NCBI GenBank assembly: GCA_964187785.1
Contig: OZ076413.1
Coordinates: 42,286,001 to 42,350,000 of the forward strand
Length of the DNA: 64,000 nucleotides
DNA from: Amphiscolops sp. MND2022
Lineage: Eukaryota
Reading direction: 5' to 3'
How positions within the stretch are numbered: position 1 is the stretch's first letter; the number at the start of each line of letters is the position of its first letter. This document shows positions 39,559 through 52,489 of this stretch, in pieces. The translations under genes were made by a program, and so were the position numbers. The notes under the pieces were generated by a model, which saw only the letters and a program-made list of their open reading frames with translations, did not search any database and was not told the DNA's origin.

Positions 39559-39735
39559 GCAAGTGAAGAACCATGAAAACCCTTACCCGAATGTTGCTGA
39601 AAGTAATAAGACCACAGGAGAGACATTTGTTTGCTCGACAAATAGATTCCAAAATCAAAACTCGGTATAACAAAGTGCATTATTCATAAAGAAAAACTAC
39701 TCATTACCAGATACTTTCTCTCCTCAACAGAGTAG

Positions 39736-40038
39736 ATGGCTTTTAGAAAACTCTGTTTCGACTGGCCTCTCCCGGGGTACTCTCGACCCGTTAGACTAGA
39801 TTGGATTAGATGCTGGCTTGACTGGGAACCTATCTTCGCAACAATATTCTCTCATGATAATTACCGTCAAGTAGTAATTACGATACCTCCACGCACACTA
39901 CTTTGGAACACCCTATTCGATTTTTTATGTGACTGGGCGATAGTACGAACCCATCAACAAGATCAAGAAATTGAGGATGTCATCAATTTAATAGACTATA
40001 TGAGCGACTTCATAAGACCCCCCCTTGTGCGTCAATGA
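39736..40038 (+). CDS. Small unknown accessory ORF (100 aa) upstream of the PPT
   Basis: ATG-initiated, intact, preceded by acceptor-like TACTTTCTCTCCTCAACAG. Confidence 0.45.
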   Translation: MAFRKLCFDWPLPGYSRPVRLDWIRCWLDWEPIFATIFSHDNYRQVVITIPPRTLLWNTLFDFLCDWAIVRTHQQDQEIEDVINLIDYMSDFIRPPLVRQ

Positions 40039-40294
40039 TTCGGAGGAGTTCTACTGAATGAGTCAAGTTATTTTTAGTCTTTGTTATTTTATAGTCTCTT
40101 CAACTGATGTTTAAACTGCCTACTTTAACGTATTTTTAATTGGATCTTATACTAGTTCATCATTATTGTAGATAAGTAACATGCGGTGCCATGGATTCTT
40201 TGACCCACCCTCATCGACCCTGTTATATATGTTTAACTTAGATCCCACAATTCAGCCAAAATGCCGCTAAGTTTATTCGGGAGAATGAAAGTCC

Positions 40295-40306
40295 AGAAGG
40301 GAAGAG
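40295..40306 (+). promoter_or_regulatory. Polypurine tract
   Basis: AGAAGGGAAGAG immediately before the 3' LTR. Confidence 0.9.
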
Positions 40307-42128
40307 TGTGGAATTTTTAGATTTTGGTGACTTTAGAAAAATCCTATCTATGTTGTCCGAATTAGCTAAGTCAGAACCGACCGCTTCGAGCGAATTTCAC
40401 TAAGTTTTTCTTTGGCGCGAAAATGAGGCGTGTGTAAAAAAAGGCCGCCCCCCCTTTTCAGGAAGAACTTGTCCCATTAAGCTGAAATTTGGCATGCATA
40501 AACTAGAGGTGTTAACTCAACTTTCGACTCGGAGTACCCGACCTCGTACCTCCCCCCAGTCCCGTGCAATTAGCACCGGAAGTGACCCAGGTCGACCCAC
40601 CTACGAACTCGTCGGCCAAGCACGGAATAAGTCAAATTATACATGTAATTGATAGCCCAAATGATAGTAGGCCGTTGGGGCATGTTTTCGGAACCCTACG
40701 ACGCGTGTAGGAGGAGTACGGACCCTAAGTAAATAACCCCGAATGTTATGTAAATAGCCAACGGACGACCCCAAGATCATGAAACTTACCCAAGATGTTC
40801 ACCTAGCGACCCTAAGTAATATACATGAACGGTACATTGATCGATCCACCACGTGCGGAGTAATGTTTGTTTAAGGCACGCGGGACCGGACGCACGGTCC
40901 CGACCGATAAATGACATTTGACCTTGGCTTGTAATATATCAAACGAACCGGAATAACGAATGTAGTTGATTGCGATTGTGAACGGATCAGTATTCATTAC
41001 CCATGCGGGGGTAACCGCCTTAAGTAAACAAACGATACGCATAACATGTAACTCGGGAACCGTTGACCCTAGAATGGTATAACTTGGCATGTAGCAACTT
41101 TGGATAAGAGCCAATAACTTCAAGGTCACCGATGGACCTCAAGGTCATTTTAGATGCAACCCCTGAGGAGATAGGAAAACGTACATTAAAACATGTAAAT
41201 CAGCGTCTGTAAGTGATAATTTATGCAATTCAGTCAGGCGGGGAGATTCGCGATGCAACGCACTTAGAATGACGGAAAAGTACCCCTTACACGTAGAGGA
41301 CATGTAAACCATGTAGTTGAAGGTCATGGAACAATTTCTTCGATATTAAAGATATCTCGGGCGACTTGAATTTTTATTGAAATGTGGACTTCGGACAAGA
41401 CGTGAATTATTTATTGTTGGCGGCAAGGAATGTTTAGTCGAAGTATAATTAGAAGCGTTCACCATGCCATAAAAGGAATAGTAAACATGAAGGTAAATAC
41501 ATGCAAACTTAAGACGCCGACGCCCTGTATGTAACGAAAATGTCAAGTATGATAGAAAGTCAAGATGAGATGACCAGAAACACGTGCGACGAACAAATAT
41601 AATTGAGGCGGAATTAGAAAATAATTGAATAGGTAGAACCGAGTTAGAAGGCTGGGAGCAAGTTGAGTCTCGCGGAGACAAGTTACTTCTTCGGATTAAC
41701 ACTCGCGCTTCTCGACAACAGAGTTAGAGAGCGACCGGCAAGTTGAGCTTTAATACGAAGGCAAGAGACTTAGCTAAGCGAAAGAACTCGTTCGTCAGTA
41801 GTATTTCTAACGACAGAAATTGAACAAGTCCGTGGCTTGTGGTTGCATAGTTGGCTGAATTGTGGATACCCATCTTAGCCAGTTTAGTTAGACCTGATTG
41901 ATGGCTATAAAGAAGTTAACTAATTTTCGCTGTTGATTGTAATTATATTATTCAACCCCTTCTTTTCTTGATCAATCGGGCGAAGCCGAAGAAGAGTGTT
42001 TTGGAGAGAAAACTAGATGAGCTAGTCGTTTTGACGCAAAGCACTTACCCACCAAATAAAACCTTTTTCTGATAGAATTAGATCCTCGGGAATTTCTCTC
42101 CAGCCCTTGCTATCTAAAAATTTCTACA
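40307..42128 (+). repeat. 3' LTR (1822 bp)
   Basis: Direct repeat of 34533-36301, TG...CA, followed by TSD ATTCT. Confidence 0.95.
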
Positions 42129-43399
42129 ATTCTCATGACGAGCGTTTTCATTAAAAGTGTTTCAGAGATTGAAATCAAAAGTACAACGATTGTCTCTGAC
42201 TAACATTGTAACGTTACGAGCATCAATTTTGAGATATTGCGTGATGAATTTCAGTTTGTTGATGCTGAACTTTTGTAGTTGTTGCTGAACTTCAAAAAAA
42301 AGCACTGCAATTCCGATCGAAAATTAAAATAGCTTTGCTGCTGGGACTTTTATGTGAACTAAATATGTGAATAATTGATGCGAATTGAAATTTTTTGTCA
42401 GAGAAATTAAGTGCATTGTTTTTTGGTACACACACTGGTGTATGTATTTTGTAAAATGATTTGTGGGTTATAAAACATGAGATTGTTGACTTTTGGACTC
42501 TTCGACTATGCAGTTACTTTCTAATCAAAAAATTTCAAAAACCAGTAGTTTTCTGTGAATTTAACAATTTTTTTTTGAAAAAAAACATTACCTCAGTATG
42601 CTGCACACTTTCCCAAATCCTTAAGAGGCCCACTCTATTCGCGAAAACGTTCTTTTTCCTGCTCAAAATCAAGCGGCGTTTTGGTTTGAAAAACTTCTAG
42701 ATCAAAGTTGTTCATTGGGGAATACCCCGAGGCGTGACCCGCCGGTCTTGGATGTACATTTGCGAGCAATAATTATTGGTCTAGTGCTAGCTTCGAACCA
42801 TTGAACTCTTGCTTTCCGAACCACATCACCACACAGAGAAGCTCCTCCTAGAACATAAGCCAACAGAGTAAGTGGCATTAGAGTTGGAGCTATCGAAGTT
42901 ATAATTGTTATAACGATACAGGTAAAACTAAAACTTTTCGACTATTGAGAAAACAAGAAAACACACTTCCCACTTCTTTACTGACTCGATCACGTTGTTT
43001 CCGAATTTATCTTCACAACTACTCATCCGATATTAAAAAGCACGAGACAGATTACGACAGTTGAAAGTTTTTATCGTGACTGAAAGTGTTTCGCATTAAA
43101 ATCGTGGAAAGTTTGAAGAGGGCTTCGTGCTGCTTCCTTCAAAAATTCATTGTTTGTATTCGTTTGACAATTGATACTTTGTGGTTGTGGAAAATGTCAT
43201 TTTGCGTTTCTGGTTCTCACAATTCGCTCTTCAATTGATAACTTTTTAAAATGTGAAAACAATATTCCGAAGTAAATATTGACACTTCTTATGCTAAAAC
43301 CATTTAATTTTGGGTTTTGAAAATTTCTCCGAGCTTTTTCAAATTACACAGGTTGCTGTTTACAGCAAACGTAATTGAAAATGTGTTCACAAAACATGC

Positions 43400-46300
43400 A
43401 TAAGTTATAATTTTTGGAGATGCAACTCACGTTTATCACTTTATTTATTTACTCATGAAACTGTTCCGGCAATCATCTTTAGTCTCTTACAAAGTGTAAG
43501 TAAATTATTTTCGTCCGGAAGGCATTTCTCGTTTCACAGCAAAAAATTTGCGTTTCGGATGTTCTCAAAAGTTTGTATCGTTTGCGTATTTGCAAAGGAA
43601 GCACATCGGAACCTACTCATTCCATTCGAGAAGGTTGATAAGACTTTCTTCTATTCCATAATTGGATTTTTACAAAATTATATTTTACAAAGGGTGTTCT
43701 CGTTCGAAGACGTTCGCCTTGATTGAATAGCAGCGGCCCGCATTTGTGCTTTTCGAAAGCTCATCGAACGTGGTTCCGATATCTGTGGATATCCAAGTAT
43801 TGCTGGTAAACCTCACGCTATTAGGAATTTTCTGTATTCCTTCGAGCCATTCATCTGTCGTCCCACATGTTTTGACGGAGTCAAAAGAGAATATTGAAAT
43901 ACTTGTTCCGTGGTGAAGTGAACATGTTTGAGAATCCAATCATTTATGCCAAATTACATCTCGGATTTCCAATCATCTCAGTTGTTCAGAATTCATCAAG
44001 TTAGGTGTTCTTTTATAACTTCGCAGATTTTGGATAAAAATAATTAGGTGATCAAGTTTTTGTATATCCGGGTTCGGATCCATAAATGAGTATAGATTTA
44101 ACCAACGAGTGGAACATGTGCTGTTTAGATACAACGGATAGGGTATTAAATGTGATTTTGAAAAGAGTTGTTTTTTTACCTTTAGCCATTTTGGTCTTTA
44201 ATGCCAGTTGTACTTGGAAACGACACCCAAGTACAAGAAACTGTCCACGCGTTCCATAACATGACCTTTTATATACCTTGACTCGAATTTGCGGACTCTA
44301 CCACGGAAAAGGTCATGCATTTTGTTTCAGCACAATTGATTTTGAGATTTGAAGATCTACAGCTGTCAGATACAGCCTCCAGCGCTTAGTGCATGTTTTC
44401 TTCACTTTCAATCAGTATAATACCGTCACCATATAAAAAGACGAGATTCGAAATTGTTCAATAGAGTTGACGTTTGTTGCTCACCGAGAGTTTCTTTAAC
44501 AAGCTCTTTCAGTAAAGTTTGATCGGTGCAGTTGTTGCTGAGAAGAGGATCAAATTACATATAGAAAATTGTGAAAAGTAAAAGTGGTATAAGGTCTCCT
44601 TGTCTGACCTCCACATGGTAACCAATTGAATTAGAACATGAATAAGATCATTGCGTTCATTGACCCTAACGCAAGATTGTCTTTTTCAAAGACAATTTTG
44701 AAAACACATCTAATTTATCCATTAATGTTACATTTAGTAAATTTTTACCAAATTAAATGTACGTGAGAGTCTGGCTACTAAATCAGATGCTTTTCAACAA
44801 TATATAAAGGGGCATAGCTGGATCAAGTATAATAACACACCTGTAGAGAGTCGAAAAACAGGCTCGTCGCAAATGAGACCTTTTTTGCTTGTTGGACCTC
44901 CTCAAAAGAGAAATCATAATGTTTAAAAAGATTTTGAGAGCCTTCACTTTCCTGAATTTCATTTTCAGAGTAAAAGGTTCAGGTTCTGAATGATTTCGAA
45001 CATTTGCTTCAATTCAGTTTCCATTTCAAATTTTTGCCCCATTGAAATATTCAACATAGCCCAAAAATCGTTATGGCTGTATGTCCGAAGTCTGAGTAAT
45101 TTTTGTTGAAATCGTTGAAGTATGATTCGCACTTATTTTGAAGAATTACCTTAGTTCAATTCAGAGTACCAATGACAATTCCAACATTTTTCGTATTTCT
45201 GCAGACTGTTTTGTGGTTCGACGTTTCTTTTGCATTGGGAGTCAGAACAAATTAGCTGTTCCATGAAAAACGTCTTCAATTCAATGTCAACGTGATTGAG
45301 TTCAATCAAATTTCCAATTTTCAGAGGCAGAGACTTTTTCATCCGTAGCACTTCCGAAGTACAGATTGCTCCTTCGAAAAGTTCTTGATATTACGCTTCC
45401 ATTTTTTTCACGAGGTGTTCCACATTATTAGCCTTTTTTGAATAGTTCAATTTAACTAAGGAAAAGCACAGTGAAAAACCGACAACTCGGAATGGAAACT
45501 CTTATTTTTGAAATCACAAATTTGATCAAACATCGAACGATCCATAGTCATAATCTCCACATTACCCCCACCGTTAGAATTAGGAAATTGCAGTCGACGA
45601 TTCTTCGATCAAAGCAAGTGTTATGTATTGCTTAGCGCTAATAAACCAAATATTTATCTTTTTTTCGTGTTTTTCATCTTTAGTTTTGGGTCCAAGTTCT
45701 GCAGATATTTAGTCGTCCAATAAATTGTAGTAAGACATCTCACATTCCCGCGTTCATCTCCCTTTCAAAAAATCTTTGTCTTTCTAGGTTTTCAACAAGA
45801 CCAAATCCTCACGAACTTTTTTCCAACATACGATTTTACTTTGGTTAGGAGTTTTCATAAGGCATATAAGATATAACTCCAAAATGATAAGTTTCATCTC
45901 CAACAAGAAGTTTAGTTAGCCCTTTGGCCTACGTTTGCTTCGCAAGACCTTTGTGTAGCAAAGCTAAGCCAAGATGGCGCTTCAGTTTGTTCTTATCAGC
46001 GTCAGCCAAATTGTCAAAATTTCAAAGTTGCCTTCCAAAAACGGATGTCATCAAACTTTTGCCCAGTGACCTGCATCAATTGAAGTTTAATTGTACTGTT
46101 TCAACCTCGGACATTTACAAAAAGAATATTCTGTCATACATTGACTTCATCTTCAGAAGTAGCCATAGTTTTTATCGCTACTTTGAGAACACTTTCAGCT
46201 GGCTGTCGATTCCTGGTTCACGTTACGTTGAACATCCAAGATGAAGTGATGACTCTATTTTCAGAGTTCTTAAAGTTGATACCGCATTCGTCAGTCACCA

Positions 46301-47680
46301 TTTCATTGCCTTCTTTTTAATGAAGTTCAGCGCTCTACGCTTTTCCTAATCAAGTGTTAAGGTTTCACCCAAAACGGGTGTCCCTTATAGATCATTAGAT
46401 GCTTCAAATGGTAGATTTGTTACTTCGTTGATCGACTAAATCACTTGGCTATCACCAGTCCGGGTTCACCATGACTTCTATTTCGTGTAAGTATTCGGTG
46501 ACATGGAAACTTCAGGACACAATTTTACGCCTTTTGCTATTGCCGTATCTACAACATTCTGAGTTGTATTTCCTCTTCAGTCCGATAATGAAGAGGCGTT
46601 GTTTAAACATTTCGACATTCAACGTCATCGATGTCATCCTGAAGCTCGAATCCAACATTTGCAATCCTAGTTAAATCTAATTCTTCTCTCATAGACAGTG
46701 CAATCTATTGCTGTAACTGTGTCCGCGAGCATTGAAAACATTGTACCAAAAGAACCCGGACTTCGTTTATAAGTAGGTCAGTATTGAATTGTCGGTTTCG
46801 TCTTCACTAGTTGGACTTCGTCCAAAATTACTTTGCTCTTTCATGTTTGTACAGTTAGAGACCTCGTTCGTGGAGGTAGTTTTGCGCATTCAGTTTGGAT
46901 ATGGTTTACTTCGTTTTCCAATGATTTATGCTCAATTTTTTGTTCGTCGACAGTGTTTGCTAAATGGTGAATAGTTTGATCAATGTCGTTTTTCAAGTTG
47001 ATAGGTTTCAGTTTATTGCCAATTTGAAAAAACTTTAAGTTCAATGCTCGCTGGGGTTTTTGAGGTTTCAACCATTTTCGTCGATACGATTCACTAATCT
47101 TTTGCTTCATGATCGGGGTGACGGACGTTGCAAGATCTTCCAATTGAAAATGTAGTACCGCTTTACTTACTGCTGTTTCTTCGTTTAATGTTCGTTTTTT
47201 GTTTGTTTGACTCATAAAAGTTTGGTCAACAGCGTTGTCCGATGTTTGCGTGATGCTTGTGTTGATCGCTGCTTCATTTGATTGGGATTCATAGCATTTG
47301 AGTGGGCAATAGGTTGTTTGCTTTCAGTTACTGTTGGTTGTGTAATTAGCCTTCAAGAAACTGATTCCGAAGTCAATTATTTGAATTGCTTTTGACCATT
47401 CCAGCAGTCACTTCTTCTGCAAAGATGTTTTTCTTGCTTTAATTCCCATTCAATTGTCAGGAAATATATGAACATTAAACAAGCAAAAACGATATATATC
47501 CAAAAACTGTCATTAATTGAGATTTGAGTAGTTACTTAGTAATTTGCTGCGTAAGTCCCTTCGGTTTCTTCCAGGTATTTTCATGTCCAAAACTAAGTGC
47601 TGGTATTGTCGTAGCAAAGTTTTAAAAACAGTTTTCACGAACTTCGGGGCTCGGTCAAGAGAACTGGCAGTTTCGAAACG
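43400..47680 (-). mobile_element. Heavily decayed LINE (ORF1 coiled coil, endonuclease and RT remnants)
   Basis: RT remnants VRQGD..PLLLF (~44600), FLYGDGII (~44430, YADD position) and ERVDSFLYLGV (~44240); GNVRCL endonuclease start (~45740); coiled-coil ORF at 46841-47215; boundaries approximate. Confidence 0.7.
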
Positions 47681-48609
47681 ATGTAAAAAAAGTCTGGTAC
47701 CATCTCAACGAATTCTAACAAATTGGGTGGGTGTTGTTGGTAACTAATTGCTGTATAAAGGAATATTGAGGGTTCAATAAACAACAATTATACAGATAAA
47801 TAGTAAGAAAGCAATCCAATTCAAAAACTTTGGAAAGATACAAACTTCAGCTCAAAGGTTTAATGTTTAATTGACAAGGTTTTTTTTACAAATCGACAGT
47901 TCACTGCAGCATTACTGCTGCATTAGGAGCATTTTTGATGATCATGGTTGACACTGATTGAAAGGCATTTTTGTCGCTTGAATATTCTCAAGAGCGTTTA
48001 TAAGAGACTTGTTTGCCAAAAACGAAACATCTAAAATGCGTTTCAACAGAAACGAACGTTGGTTTTCTGTCTTTGACTCAAGATAAGTTATAGTTGAAAG
48101 CTTCAGTTGTGATTAAAGTTCTTAATGCGTTAGTTTGTGAGAAAACGTTCCCCACAAAACTCACGGCTACAACAATGTTTCATAAAAATTTCGATAACTG
48201 CTACAGGTGCTAAAAATACCATTTTAAAAATGAGCAAGTTCTGATATCTGTTCGACATGAATTGCTAATTTAAAAACACCATTGAACTCTCAGGAAATTC
48301 ATTCGTTTTTTCGAGAGTTATTTTTGATGAAAGTTTCACCTGATGCTTTATTTTGTTTTTCAGTAACAAGCCCTTACTAAAATGACATCGATGCATAATT
48401 TTGAGAGCTTGTGTTTTGGATACCTCTGGCTCATGGAAACTATCTATGCATACTTTGTGGGATCATTTAGATGTATGCTGCCTCGTTTTATACCAAAAGT
48501 TGATAGCTTTCATGTATTTCAGCGGGGATACTTGTGGTCAACAGAAACCCTTCTAACGGCGTCATTGTTATCTAACTGCCAGCGTATATACTTTGGATAA
48601 CGATAGAGA

Positions 48610-51600
48610 ATGAAAGTCATAGTAGCCAGCTTGCAGTGAGTTTTCAATTCTGAGAAAACTTTCCTCTAATCTTTTATCTACCTCACTCAAGTTGACCGAA
48701 ATTGAGTCAAATTCATCTTTAACGGAAGGAACAGAAACCGTTTAGGAACACTTGGTGTCTTGCAAATCGTACCAAAATCCTTTACAAGATTCTTTAAAGA
48801 GTGCAAAAAAATTGAACTGGCTCGGATTTTTTGAATAATCATCTCTAGGAGTTTCTGAATCGGGTTTTGCCAAGCTTTGAGGGAAATTTCACCAATTCAT
48901 GAAATAAATAACCAACAGAAATTGGCCTAACTGTCTGCATACCTCGAGAAGATTGACATAGCGCCAAGGCCGCAGGTATTTAAACATAGCTGTCAAAAAA
49001 CCAGGCGCTAGGATGTTCGAATCTTTGGCTGTATTGCCAAGATCACCAAAAGTTGCCTGTAAAGTTCTCTAACGAATGGAAAAGCAAAAATGAAAGACAA
49101 TCGAAAAAAGAAGTCTTAGAATCTTCGGAAGAATTTTAAAATACCGGGGATCTTGGAACGTTTTCTTTTCTTGATTTTATCGGGTTTTTCAGTGATTTCC
49201 ACGAATAATGGGAATTCCTTCCTAGGATTTCGCTATTAAACTCCAGTCTGAATTCCGCGAAATGATCGAAATAAGTTAGAATTGCCGCATCACAAATAAA
49301 TTCACTCTAACAAATAACGCAATTTCTATTGGAAGTGTTCTTGAAGTTCAACAACAGTTTTCTGTGAAATCTTTTAAAAGTTCTGTTTTTCTTGCTGTAC
49401 TGAGGTACCTACGAACTAGTTCAAGTTCAAAACCAATAAATCGCCAAACATTGTAGCAATCTAGATTGAAGTAATCTTTCCTTCACAGTGTTCTATGGTT
49501 GTTATCATGGTTTTGCTGCTCAGGAAAACGGGGACCACTTCGATGTTTCGGGCTCTACAGGTGTTGGGGTACAACGTGCATGACTGTCCTGACACATTTG
49601 AATACTTCGGCGATGAATGGATCAAGTATTTCGAGACTGGTTACGTGCCCAATTTCAAAGCGGTAACTTTAAGCTATCTACTGCTGTTACAAAAAGCTCT
49701 ATGCCTAATATAGGCGTCGGCGTTGAAAAACGAAGGTTTCATAGTAAAATAACATAGATAGAAAAATTAGTTCGCATTTTTTTTTGATCGTGTACATCAT
49801 TCGTCCAAAAATTTTGAATATTCAAAAATCATATCTTTGAACAGATGTACGAGAATGTTGATGCCATCACAGACCTGCCAGCGACTCCTTGTTTCTGGGA
49901 ACTTTTTGAGGCCTTCCCAGATTCCAAGGTCATTCTAATGGAGCGAGAGGAGGAAGCTCTGATGAAGAGTCTCCTCACAGACCTGGGAGAAATGTGGTGG
50001 AGGTACCACTTCCTGTCGTACTTCAGCTACCACGTGAACAAGTTCAGGAGATACGTCTTGGGATCTTATTTGAGGACATACGGGACCTTTAGTACCAGAG
50101 AAGTTGTTAGTAAACATTGACGTAAAGTCTTTCGAAATCTAGTTTTTTAATCAGCAAAATTGGATGGTTTAAAAAAACGGCAGGTGCCAATTTCGAATCA
50201 GACACTCATCAAAAATTAATCATTTGACTGTTTGTATAGATAATGTTGGATTATAATTGTGATTGCTTTGGTCGAGAAATTCATAAACGGTATTGTGTTA
50301 GAAAATATCAAATCTCCGTTTCCGCATGTTCATTGCTCATTTTTCTATTGTGAAATTTTGTGTGGTTTTTTAATTTTGTATTGTTTTGTTTTAAAGCCTC
50401 AGTCTTTCACTTTGAGTTTGAACCACAGGAAATGCAAGAAAATCTAATTTTTAAAGATTACTAAATTGCAGAAATTCAAAAGAAATAAAAAAAATACTAT
50501 ATTATGGTAATTTCAGAATCAACTGCGTATGGGAGTTCGCAGACACAATTTTCTGGTGAAATCTCTGATTCCGGCTGAACAACTGCTGATATTCAATGTG
50601 ACACAAGGCTGGGAGCCATTGTGTTCATTCCTACAAGTACCCATTCCTGATCAATCATTTCCAAAGTCTAATGTTCATAAGGGATCTGACAGGTTAGTGA
50701 AATCATACGAAGCACAGTGGCGATTCCTTTCCAACATAACAGTTTCATATTAAAAAGGGCAATTTTTGGTGTTCCGAGGTTGACGGAATTACTGAATTTA
50801 AATAAAAATCCTGAATGACAATGTCTCGGGTACAATGATTGATTTTCATGCCATTCAAGTTATGCTGAAACAACTATTTTTTCCAAAAGCAAGTGCTTCT
50901 GCAAAAAGCTTCTTCACTCTGGTGTCCTTAAATTCTGATGGTGAAAGTTTTTGACCCCCTCTGATAGGAATTTTTGATCTCTGCTAGTTGAACTTGGCTT
51001 CGACTGTCAATATCGCTATGGCTATCCAGTGTTCTAAGATAATTGGTTAATTTCACTGAATAATGGTAAAACATGAAATTTCGGCCATAATCATGTCAAG
51101 CCATGCGATGTCGAGCTCTCGTTTGTGAAAATATTGGCAAAATCATGGCACAATCTGGATTAGGTTGTTATAATGGTAAAAGATGTAGCGGGACATTTAT
51201 ACTGTATAGTATACTCTTTCTACCTTACTTTTCCGACTGTGCTCCATTTTTAATCCAATTTTTCTATCAGTTTTAGTTACACCATGATTATAGGTTACTA
51301 TAGATTGTGGCACATTTACTGACTAATTTGAAGGTATTACCTTTCTAGTTGTGATAGTTGAAACACGAAACTGTCAACTTTAATGATAATTTTTATATTA
51401 AAAAATTCTTCAAATTTTTGTTGCTCCTAAAAGTGTGTTGGCTTCCTCGGTATTAGAACCATTTTTGCTCTATGATTTAATTTTTCAAACCATTTATCAC
51501 CTGTAAACATAAGTGAAAATCGCTATACAATCCAAATTAACAGTAGCTATGATGTACCATGAAACCCTTATCAAGATCATGAAAGAGATCTGCCATTGGT

Positions 51601-52015
51601 ACATTTGACACGAACTTACATCATCGTGATATCCTTGTATCATCGGTCATAGTAGTAAGCAAGTGGGTTAGCCAATAAACAAGAAAGTTAGATTCACCTT
51701 TGCTGTCATCAAGCGTTCCATGTCTTCGAACATTGGGTAGACAAACTGAATCCTCTGTCCCCTCTCGTGGTAAGAACCTCTAGTCTCGTTTTTGGTTATC
51801 CAATCACACTCCCCCTGTGCAACCAGTCGCATCAAGAAAATAGGAGCACCCAAGAAGTTTGTTTCAGATGTACCTTCTTCGCAAGAGGAACCCCCAAAGC
51901 CCAAATAGCTAAAATGGAGTGCCTCCTTTCTTCGACTGCCTTGGTTGCCGGGGTGACAACTCTGGCTGTTGTGGCCTTGAAGCACAGTGGGTTTAATTTG
52001 ATGAAAATATTTTGA
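48610..52015 (+). CDS. Sulfotransferase-family (Sulfotransfer_4-like) protein with C-terminal hydrophobic anchor, 249 aa; exons 48610-48635, 49524-49662, 49845-50105, 50517-50692, 51868-52015
   Basis: All four introns are GT-AG with matching phases; MKVIVASLQKTGTTSM..ALQVLGYNV, VDAITDLP, FPDSKVILMER, LLIFNVTQGWEPLCSFLQVPIPDQSFPKSN are family motifs. Confidence 0.88.
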
Positions 52016-52489
52016 TGGAAGTACGCGGACGGCTGTACATTGCTGCTGTTGTAATTTCTGCTTTCAAAGGAAACATCAAATGGCGTTGACGCTGTGAATC
52101 TTGAATAAATAATCTATCTATTGTATTTGCAATTGAAGTCCTTTTTATCATAGATTGTTTCTTACGTTTCTAGGTCAGGTTCAAAAGTGTAGGTAGAGTT
52201 TTCATGCTGCTTTCATTCATGCAGGTTATTTCATTCGAAAAACTCTGGATTGAAAAACTCTTCCTACGACCTCGATTTTATTTGCAAAATAGATCTGCAA
52301 ATATCCTCCTCAATACTAAAACATCTGAAAATCAAAATCTTCTATATGGGAAAACGTAAAAAAAACTAATTGCAACAGGAGCGAAATTCAAGTTCATCGA
52401 AAAAGATTAAAGGATTCCAGACATTCAATTGAGACATTTTCTTGGGTACAATTCTCGTATCCTGTAAATTAATCCACAAAATCAGTTCA

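Larger units (their letters stand above)
34533..42128 (+). mobile_element. Structurally complete non-autonomous LTR retroelement (Gypsy-like gag, no pol)
   Basis: TG...CA LTRs; perfect 5-bp TSD ATTCT (34528-34532 and 42129-42133); PBS; PPT; gag with CCHC knuckle; no protease, RT or integrase motifs recognised in the 4-kb interior. Confidence 0.95.

Noticed and set aside
51668..51985. Minus-strand 105-aa ORF with a donor-like site
   Set aside because: Overlaps the well-supported last sulfotransferase exon on the other strand; no partner exon or motif found
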